DNA from: a virus
Strand: one strand, 5' to 3'
Length of the DNA: 64,000 bases
Virus record (IMG/VR): IMGVR_UViG_3300002835_000041
Location: 54,982-118,981 of that record
Positions within the stretch are counted from its first letter, which is position 1. Every line of letters begins with the position of its first letter. This document shows positions 18,110 through 25,591 of the stretch, piece after piece. A program made the position numbers and the translations under genes. The notes below the pieces were generated by a model. The model saw nothing but the letters and a program-made list of their open reading frames with translations, did not search any database and had not been told where the DNA came from.

Positions 18110-18238
18110 AATTGGGTGATAGGGGTAGGCACGGCCGTTAGTCTGGAACCCACCCCTATCAGATCCCCAGGGGACGCTTGCTATAAATAGCGTGGAACGC
18201 AGGGGATAATGAGTGGGGCTTTTACACCCCACCCAATT
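18110..18238. ncRNA. candidate GC-rich structured RNA
   Basis: Hairpins 18118-18160, 18163-18207, 18213-18232 plus outer 9-bp complementarity 18110-18118/18230-18238. Confidence 0.4.
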
Positions 18239-18244
18239 ATCTAA

Positions 18245-18667
18245 TTAGAGATAACGAGCAACCGCATTGTATGTGGAAGTATTTACAACTTCCTCATCTG
18301 TCATCTTTAAGATGCGAATTGCGTTTGTGATTTCCTCTTTCATTTCCTTATAGGTATGAGTGTGAATAACCTCAAAATCCTTTTCAGGTTCAGCAGGGAA
18401 AGTTCCCTCTTTTGTGATGATGTCAAAATCAACATTGAGAGTGTTGTTCCAAGAACGATAGTTAGTGCGTAGGTTTTCAGCCTTTGAGAAGTTGGCAATA
18501 GCCCACTCACCAATTTGCTTTTTCCAAGCCTCATAAGCAACTGTGTGCTTGCGTTCGTTTTCTCCTTGTGTTGCGTAGTCCATCTCTAGTTTTGCTAGTG
18601 ATGCCTCTAGTCCTGCGATTACTCGCTGAGTAGGGATTTTTACTGAGATTGCTTTTCCTCTAGCCAT
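18245..18667 (-). CDS. hypothetical protein
   Basis: ORF track; AGAGA SD. Confidence 0.75.
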   Translation of the reverse strand: MARGKAISVKIPTQRVIAGLEASLAKLEMDYATQGENERKHTVAYEAWKKQIGEWAIANFSKAENLRTNYRSWNNTLNVDFDIITKEGTFPAEPEKDFEVIHTHTYKEMKEEITNAIRILKMTDEEVVNTSTYNAVARYL

Positions 18668-18759
18668 TTGTTTTCTCTTTTCTTTTGTGGGGTATTAGTT
18701 GGGGGTGTGTGAGCCTTTTTGTATCTTGCTCAGGATAGTTTTTAGCGTTATTGCTAAAC

Positions 18760-18924
18760 TTACTTTGCCGTCCAAGTTGTATAACGGGTTGCGCCATTTA
18801 CATCTAACTTTACACGAACATTTCCATTAGCCTGTGGTGTAATTTCTGTAATTACTCCGCTGACCTTTGACTTCTGTGTTGTGAAAGTGTCGCCGACCTT
18901 GTATGTTGCTGTTGCTACTGCCAT
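18760..18924 (-). CDS. small beta-barrel (SH3/KOW-like) protein, paralogue A
   Basis: MAVATATYKVGDTFTTQKSKVSGVI...; read from sequence. Confidence 0.7.
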   Translation of the reverse strand: MAVATATYKVGDTFTTQKSKVSGVITEITPQANGNVRVKLDVNGATRYTTWTAK

Positions 18925-19029
18925 TTTTTTCTCTTTTCTGTTTAGGGGTTGTTATTTGGTTATACCTAAGTATAACATTTTGCGGATAAAAATGTCAAAT
19001 CTAAACCTGACATTTCTCACATTGTGAGA

Positions 19030-19200
19030 TTACTTAGAGGTCTTGACCATAGCAAGGCGTTGTGCGCCATTTGCCAAAATCAGACTAACTCTGGTAACCT
19101 TATTAGACATTGGTGTAAAACCTGCGATACGACCTGTAACGCCTGTCTTGCTGGTTGTGAATAAATCACCAATTTGGTAAGTGTATCCGTGAAGTGTCAT
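19030..19200 (-). CDS. small beta-barrel (SH3/KOW-like) protein, paralogue B
   Basis: MTLHGYTYQIGDLFTTSKTGVTGRI...; GAAAGG SD. Confidence 0.7.
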   Translation of the reverse strand: MTLHGYTYQIGDLFTTSKTGVTGRIAGFTPMSNKVTRVSLILANGAQRLAMVKTSK

Positions 19201-19439
19201 TTGGGTCTTGCCTTTCGTTGTGGGGGTTAATTGCTTATAGTATAATTTTAGCAAAAAAATGTCAGAAATACAAATCCTGGGGGGGGTTCTGGGGTGTGTT
19301 CTTAAACACATCTTAAAGGCGTGTCGCAACTTGACAAATCAAGTTTTGCGGACGTGGATCCCATGCAATTTTTATTGGTAAAAAAATAAAAGTACTATGC
19401 ACCAAATTAAAAATATTATTTGCAGGGAATTCATTTATC

Positions 19440-20174
19440 TCATTTCTTACTCGCAGAAAAAATTATGTCACTCTTAGAGTATACACAAAGTGAGCAAGAA
19501 ACGCAAGCGCTACCTTGTTGAGATATAAGTTTAATTTGTTTATTATTCTCAGGACACTTAGCAGCGGGGCGACCAATCATTTCTTTTACATCGGCCTGGC
19601 CAATTGCAAAATTCTTAGCAAGATATGCCATTCTAACACCGCTATTAATTTTTAGATCAACGGCAGTTTTTACATTCTCGCTATCTGCAGAAAAATACAA
19701 TGATAAATTAGATACATCCTTAAGAATAAGTGCAGCAGCCTTTACTCTAGTGTATACCCAGAATTGAATGTCGGGGTGCTTATCAATAACTACTTTCCAG
19801 GCATAGGTATAGGTATCGTTAAAGAAATCGCCGTCCCAGTGAATACGGAATAACTTAGGAGCGTCTTTCTTTTCACAATCAGATACAAAATCAACAATCA
19901 TCTCATCAAGCAGGCGCACCATAGTTTCTCCGTCTGCGTCTTTCAGCAGGGACCAATTGTGCAATAGGTTAACCTTTACGGTTGGGAAGACTTTTTCAAG
20001 TTTTCCTGCGTAGCAAACGCTTTCACAAACACTAGTGGCACCAGGGCACGAGAAAGCCTTTCCAGCAGGTAGGCCAAAGGTATTTGCGATACTTGCTTGT
20101 TTTCCATTAGGGGTGACGGCATTAGCGACCTTTCTATCTTTAGATCTTTTTAGTTTAAGTGTATTAGTAGTCAA
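19440..20174 (-). CDS. Gp88-family protein (mycobacteriophage gene product 88-like, radical-SAM-related)
   Basis: FGLPAG...SCPGATSVC...CYA, FRIHWDGDF, FWVYTR, C-terminal CPE...CxxCxxC. Confidence 0.8.
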   Translation of the reverse strand: MTTNTLKLKRSKDRKVANAVTPNGKQASIANTFGLPAGKAFSCPGATSVCESVCYAGKLEKVFPTVKVNLLHNWSLLKDADGETMVRLLDEMIVDFVSDCEKKDAPKLFRIHWDGDFFNDTYTYAWKVVIDKHPDIQFWVYTRVKAAALILKDVSNLSLYFSADSENVKTAVDLKINSGVRMAYLAKNFAIGQADVKEMIGRPAAKCPENNKQIKLISQQGSACVSCSLCVYSKSDIIFSASKK

Positions 20175-20340
20175 GGCCTAGACTCATTTCTAGAGCAATG
20201 TCTTCGTTATAGTGAGCGGACATTTCTTCTAGTAAGCAATGAGTGCACTTTTCTTCATATTCATCAACCGCATTTTCACGGCAAGAAGGGCAGGTGGTTG
20301 CGTAGTATTCATCATAGAATTCATCAGCGATATTTCCCAT
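20164..20340 (-). CDS. small Zn-finger protein
   Basis: CPSC...CTHC; start moved to MGNIADEF with AGGAGA SD. Confidence 0.65.
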   Translation of the reverse strand: MGNIADEFYDEYYATTCPSCRENAVDEYEEKCTHCLLEEMSAHYNEDIALEMSLGLDY

Positions 20341-20345
20341 AGGGG

Positions 20346-20492
20346 CTATTCTCCTTTTTGTTGTTTTTTTAATTGTAGCAGTTCGGACTGACATTTTTTA
20401 CGGTTGTATTTCTTTTTATTAGGCACCGCAGAGGCAGCATTAGAACGGCGAAGTTCCATAAGTCTGCGTAATTCCTCTGAGTTTTTTTTCAT
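20346..20492 (-). CDS. small basic hypothetical protein
   Basis: ELRRSNAASAVPNKKKYNRK; leaderless-type start. Confidence 0.65.
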   Translation of the reverse strand: MKKNSEELRRLMELRRSNAASAVPNKKKYNRKKCQSELLQLKKQQKGE

Positions 20493-20536
20493 ACTTAATC
20501 TTAGCATACAGGGGCAAAAAATGTCAAATCTTAAAA

Positions 20537-20574
20537 TGTGATAAATCTCACAGGGCGGGACGTGGACCACGTGC
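20537..20574. promoter_or_regulatory. perfect CRP/GlxR-type box plus two SSACGTSS elements
   Basis: TGTGA-TAAATC-TCACA 20537-20552; GGACGTGG 20558; CCACGTGC 20567. Confidence 0.7.
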
Positions 20575-20610
20575 ATTTTTGTGCGGGGAAGCACACAAAA
20601 ATACTTTTAA

Positions 20611-20853
20611 CTATTCTTCTTGTTCAATAAAAACATACAACGGAATTAAATCAGTATAACTATACTGTGTAAATTCTGTTTCACCAAATTCATTTTCGGT
20701 TTGTATGTCGTAGTTATCTCCTGTTGAATCACATTCAATAAAATTAACTTCAACGATGTCATCACCAATTTTAATTAAATCACCAAGCATTAATTGGTCG
20801 GGTGTTAAGTTATCTGCGTGGATCAATTCCATAGTTTCCATTGTATCAGACAT
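20611..20853 (-). CDS. acidic hypothetical protein
   Basis: ORF track. Confidence 0.65.
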   Translation of the reverse strand: MSDTMETMELIHADNLTPDQLMLGDLIKIGDDIVEVNFIECDSTGDNYDIQTENEFGETEFTQYSYTDLIPLYVFIEQEE

Positions 20854-20854
20854 T

Positions 20855-21139
20855 CTATTCCTCCCAATCAGGTAGCCAAAATTCCAAGTGGTGTTGGCTT
20901 ATGATAGCCCTCGCAGGTGCGTGAGTCATTCCCTTATAGAGAATCTGAAAGTCGCCAACCATAGGCATATCAATCATTCGGTCATAGTCCTCATCATAGT
21001 ATGCGTCAATAGCCTCGATACAAGGTTTTACCATTTCTGCGGGGACGGGTGGATAGTGATTACCTTTAAGGTGATAAAGTAATTGTGTTTCTAAGTCTAA
21101 GACTTCATCTTTAATTCCAAGTGCGGTTATGCTTCCCAT
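20855..21139 (-). CDS. hypothetical protein
   Basis: HLKGNHYPPVP motif; GGAGA SD. Confidence 0.7.
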   Translation of the reverse strand: MGSITALGIKDEVLDLETQLLYHLKGNHYPPVPAEMVKPCIEAIDAYYDEDYDRMIDMPMVGDFQILYKGMTHAPARAIISQHHLEFWLPDWEE

Positions 21140-21281
21140 TATATTTTCTCCTCTATGTCTGCGACATAAACATCGCTTCGTCTAATCATTCCATATTTTA
21201 AGTTACTATCGAACATATCAACGGCATCTTCTTCATTGTCTGCCTCGACATTTATAAAACAAGTAAATTCATATAGTGCCA

Positions 21282-21500
21282 TTACGCTCTTACCTGAACC
21301 CTTCCATCTCGGTAGAATACTTTAGTGTAACACTTTCCTGTCGGTGTGTAAATATTCACTGTTGAGTATTCGTTAGCCATTCCCCAGTCGGTAAATCGGA
21401 AAAAACTTTCCCAAGCACCAAATTCGTTTTCATAGCGTTGTTCCCAGTGAGGTTTTGCCTCTGAGTCATACTGACAAGTTACTAGGTATTCATATTCCAT
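21282..21500 (-). CDS. hypothetical protein
   Basis: ORF track; GAAAGAGG SD. Confidence 0.65.
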   Translation of the reverse strand: MEYEYLVTCQYDSEAKPHWEQRYENEFGAWESFFRFTDWGMANEYSTVNIYTPTGKCYTKVFYRDGRVQVRA

Positions 21501-21809
21501 TATTCTGCCTCTTTCGTTGTAAATAGTGCGCCTTCATTAAGTAAGCCGACTTCCAAATTAAATAACTCATCTGAGTTTGCTTGCGACAAGTCTATCCAAC
21601 CTGCGCCTTCATTGTCAATTCTAAATATTTCTATGTATCCCATTAGTTTTCACACTCACAATCTTTTGAGTAATCAAATTCGCAAAAATAGCAACCCATT
21701 AACTCGCTATGGGTTTTACACTGATAACGGAATTGGACTTCATCACAACACAAGAAAGATAAATCCCAAATCCAATAGAATTCGTTTTGGTCAATAACAC
21801 TAGCCATAA

Positions 21810-22016
21810 TTACTCACCAACCTTTACTGCGATAGTCGCAAATTTATTTCGCAAGCCTTTAGCATTGACCTCAATTAGATAGGCTTCGGTATTTTCTCCA
21901 TACCAAATTCCTTCTCGCTTTTGAGCCGATACAATTTCGCCCTCAAAGTGGCGGTTGCGTGAGCGATAGTTTTTCCCTACAAGTAGGCTTTCTATTGTGT
22001 ATAGTTTGGTAGCCAT
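21810..22016 (-). CDS. hypothetical protein
   Basis: ORF track; GAAAGAGG SD. Confidence 0.7.
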   Translation of the reverse strand: MATKLYTIESLLVGKNYRSRNRHFEGEIVSAQKREGIWYGENTEAYLIEVNAKGLRNKFATIAVKVGE

Positions 22017-22200
22017 TGGCAGACCTCTTTCTTTTTGTTGATAATTCTATCCTAGCATAGCCCACTGACATTTTTAGTTAGGCTCGCCGTATCGGATAGA
22101 CTTTCTTTATTTATTTTTTCTTACTATGTAAGTCTATATGATTAAACTAAAAATATCAACTTACTAGCCAGTAAATCCAAATAGTGAGACGCTCAAGCCG

Positions 22201-22320
22201 TGTGATTAATCTCACAAAATTTCGGGCGTGTCGTAAACAACTTCTTAAACACCTGTGGATAAGCCTGTGGATAACTTTTTGCCACGTCCAAAATTTGAGC
22301 AGTTTTCAATCTTGCTCAGG
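22201..22320. promoter_or_regulatory. complete regulatory cassette
   Basis: CRP box 22201-22216; GGCGTGTCG 22225; TGTGGATAA 22254 and 22266; CCACGTCC 22282; hairpin 22296-22320. Confidence 0.75.
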
Positions 22321-22621
22321 ATCACAATTTACTTTCGCAAATCGTTTTTGATTTCTTGCCAATCTTCTTTTAGCATTGGCAACATCATTTTAAATAAAAT
22401 AAAAACGCTACCCGCTAAAAATAGTTGAACCATTGTTGTTAGTAGTCTGCTCATTTTTCACAAGCCTTTCTAAAAGTTTCAAAATCAAATCGTGGATTAT
22501 CTGCTTCGAACATTGAGCCAAAATCATTTACCAAATCGTGAAAAGTAAATTCATCTCCGATTAACTCTTTGAAAGATGAAAGAATTTCAGCAGTTGCGAC
22601 ATAGTCTTTACGAGTCATCAT

Positions 22622-22828
22622 TTATTCGGCCACCTTTAGAATTGCGTAAGTGCCACGAGCATTAATTTCATCAAGTATTGGACCAAGCGCAGGCGCTACC
22701 AAATCCTTTAGCATTCCTTCAAGCATTGCGATTAAATCTGAGTGAGGAATAGCGAGTGCTTGTTGTGCTATTGGGTGAGTTTCATCGAACTCGGTTACGA
22801 ACTTTAGTGTGTGTTCTACTTTAGTCAT
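22622..22828 (-). CDS. hypothetical protein
   Basis: ORF track; AGGAA SD. Confidence 0.65.
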   Translation of the reverse strand: MTKVEHTLKFVTEFDETHPIAQQALAIPHSDLIAMLEGMLKDLVAPALGPILDEINARGTYAILKVAE

Positions 22829-22991
22829 TTATTTTATTTCCTATTCTTTTAGTTGTTAAATTGGTTTAGGTCTTGCTCAATACCAAAATCGCATTCGCAA
22901 GTTTCTACATCATAGTCAAAATCATTTCCAAAAAAGATTAGACCTGTTGAATTACATTCCTCGCAGGGAATTGTTAAGACGGAGTTTATCA

Positions 22992-23177
22992 TTAGAGAAC
23001 CGCCTTTCCTCTAAGTGTTCCTGATACGCCTAAAGCGTCGCAAGATACTTTAACCGCAACACCAACGGGAAGTTGTGTTGGATAAGTTGAGATGAATTGA
23101 GCAACCGCACCACGAGAAGGGAGAGCGATTTTTTTAGTAGAACCATTGAAGGTTTCTAGTGTTATAGTGTAAGTCAT
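22992..23177 (-). CDS. hypothetical protein, paralogue of 25258-25443
   Basis: TITLETFNGSTKK..V..FI..Y...L..G..V. Confidence 0.7.
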   Translation of the reverse strand: MTYTITLETFNGSTKKIALPSRGAVAQFISTYPTQLPVGVAVKVSCDALGVSGTLRGKAVL

Positions 23178-23260
23178 TTATAGACTTCCTTTCTTTAAGT
23201 TGATAAGACTATCTTATCATTAGCCACCGACAAATTGGGCACTTATTTGCTTAGGCTCAC

Positions 23261-23462
23261 TGTGATACTGGTCACATTTATTTGCTAAGGCTCATTGCTT
23301 ATTTATCTTTATTTAATTGTTATAGTAGCAATACTAGCAGATAAAAGTCAAAAAGTCAAGTCCAAACACGGCGTGTCGTATGTGATTAATCTCACATTAT
23401 TTATACACAGCCTGTGGATAACTTTTTGGCACGTCCAAAAATTGTAGAGTTTTATTTCTACA
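23261..23462. promoter_or_regulatory. regulatory cassette
   Basis: CRP boxes 23261 and 23381; promoter TTGACT-17-TAGTAT (23359-23331, minus); GGCGTGTCG 23370; DnaA boxes 23401 (TTATACACA) and 23413; GCACGTCC 23429; terminator-like hairpin. Confidence 0.75.
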
Positions 23463-24500
23463 ACTTTTGTTTTTATTTATTTTATTTTATCTAAAATCTT
23501 TTCTAACTCTTTTAGTTGTTCTAAGTTTAGATGATCCAAATTAATTGCGTTAGAAAATCCAAATAAATCTTTTTCCATTTTAGTTTTCCTCAATTTCATC
23601 TAGTAGTTCCCAAAGGATTGGCTCTAACGCTTTTGCGCTTTCATCTAACTTTTCTTGTAGTGTTTTCATTGAGTTACCTCCTCAACCATAAACGGGTCAA
23701 ACTTAGCAATTTCATTTTCGCTAAGTGGGTAGAGTGTTTTATTTAGAGCGAATACCGCTCTCATTTCATCTTCTGCCTCTACGACATAAGAAATTAGCAC
23801 ATTGTATTTAGTCATTAATTTACTCCTTCTAAGAATAGTTCATACATTGGTGAACAGGTTAAACAGATTGGATACTCAAAACGAAAATCAAAGAAATCAT
23901 CTTCCATATTTATTTGGCAATTCTCGCAATAGGTTAAATCACTCATTATTTGACTCCCTTGTATAGAAAGTCCCAAGCCTTACGGCACATTAAAATTGAC
24001 TCACAGTTATCGCAACAGATAGAGCCGTGAGGGTTAAGGTTTATGTCGTAGACATCAACAAATGTATGTGTCTTTCCACATACGGAATCAAGGCGTAGCA
24101 TAGTGCTCATTTATTTTCTCCTTCGAATAGTTCTTTACACTTATTAGGATTTTCCCAATAAGGTTGCCCTTCGTGATAAAGGGCGGGGGCTAATACAACC
24201 TGACCGCAAGGGCATAGGTTCATTAAGCCTTTAGGGTAATCGCTTACAGTAGCGAATTTAGTCCAAATACTCATTTAGTATTCTCCTTATCTATACAGTT
24301 GATACAGTAGCAAGCCTTGCTAGAGATTAAAAATCTTAGCAATTCTTTTCTAGTGTAAGCGTCTAAACCATAAGAGGATTTTACTCCGCCGTTATGGTAT
24401 TCGTGAACTATTGTAGAAAATAGTGTTTCATTTAGTGTAGTCATTTTTGACCACCTTTCTTAGTGGATTTCTTTACCACTTAACTTTCTTTATACTATTA

Positions 24501-24744
24501 AGTATAGCAGGGGGGTCAGACATTTTGAGGGGTATAAATGGGGTAAATCGGACATTGTGAGGTAGGTCACATATGATGTAGGTCACATTTTTTGGGGGAA
24601 TTATAACAATTCCGTAACAATGTTATTTTTATCGGCGTGTCGATTTGACAAGATCGGGACGTGCCAATGTGGTGTAAATCACATTAAAAATGTCCGATTT
24701 GTCCGTGTCTAAACTTGACTTTTTGAGATTTCTATGCTATACTT
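24501..24744. promoter_or_regulatory. divergent promoter region
   Basis: Minus promoter near 24501-24523; CRP boxes 24556 (perfect), 24572, 24668; GGCGTGTCG 24634; GGACGTGC 24657; plus promoter beginning TTGACT near 24715 with TATACT -10. Confidence 0.65.
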
Positions 24745-24901
24745 CTAGTATAAGAAAAATTAAATAAGGGTAGAAAAAGTAAATAGGCGAAATCCCTGCC
24801 AGTAGAAAATCCTAGTGAGCCTTATCAAATAAGATAAGCAAATAACCTAGGTCAAGGAAAAAGGTTAGAAAGTCTAACCGAATAAAAGAAAGGAAGTCAA
24901 A

Positions 24902-25135
24902 ATGACTTCACTAAATAACTACTACTCAGAGATTCGCTCTGATATTGCAAAAGACTTCGGTCTATCATCTGCGGGTTATGCCCCTACATCTAAGCGTATG
25001 CCAGTGCGTATCGCTCAGCGTATCACTAACGCTTACCCTAGTGATTTCTCACAAGGTAGATTTAACTCTACCCTAAATCCTCAAGCGGTTAGAATTGCTA
25101 AGCGCTATATGTCTAGAGTTATGGGAGTTAAATAA
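24902..25135 (+). CDS. hypothetical protein
   Basis: ORF track; GAAAGGAAG SD. Confidence 0.7.
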   Translation: MTSLNNYYSEIRSDIAKDFGLSSAGYAPTSKRMPVRIAQRITNAYPSDFSQGRFNSTLNPQAVRIAKRYMSRVMGVK

Positions 25136-25257
25136 ATATGAATCCTTTTACATACGCAATTGATTGGCTAGATGAGAATGCTGATTACGCTCCAATAGGA
25201 GCATTCATTGGGGTAGTCATAGCAATAGCGCTATGCTTTATATTTGGGGGTAACTAA

Positions 25258-25443
25258 ATGAAAGTAACATTAACAAGCACATCAGGTGCTACAAAAGAAA
25301 TGCATTTTGATACTAAGGATAGAGTATTAGAATTTATTGAGTTATACAAGGCTACACTACATCAGGGTCAGGCAGTGTGTATAGATGCTCCACTGATAGG
25401 CATCCATAGTGGCTGGATACAGGGTAGCGCACCCAAAATGTAG
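25258..25443 (+). CDS. hypothetical protein, paralogue of 22992-23177
   Basis: KVTLTSTSGATKE..V..FI..Y...L..G..V. Confidence 0.65.
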   Translation: MKVTLTSTSGATKEMHFDTKDRVLEFIELYKATLHQGQAVCIDAPLIGIHSGWIQGSAPKM

Positions 25444-25591
25444 TGCAAGATCGATAGTGTGTCTATTATGGGCTCACTATTTTTTTGTGTTTATTTTTTT
25501 TATAGTATGTATCATACATCTGGACAAAATATTCAGATTTTAGGCTATTTGGTTTTTATAATTTTTCAGATCCGTGGTGTATACTAAAGTT

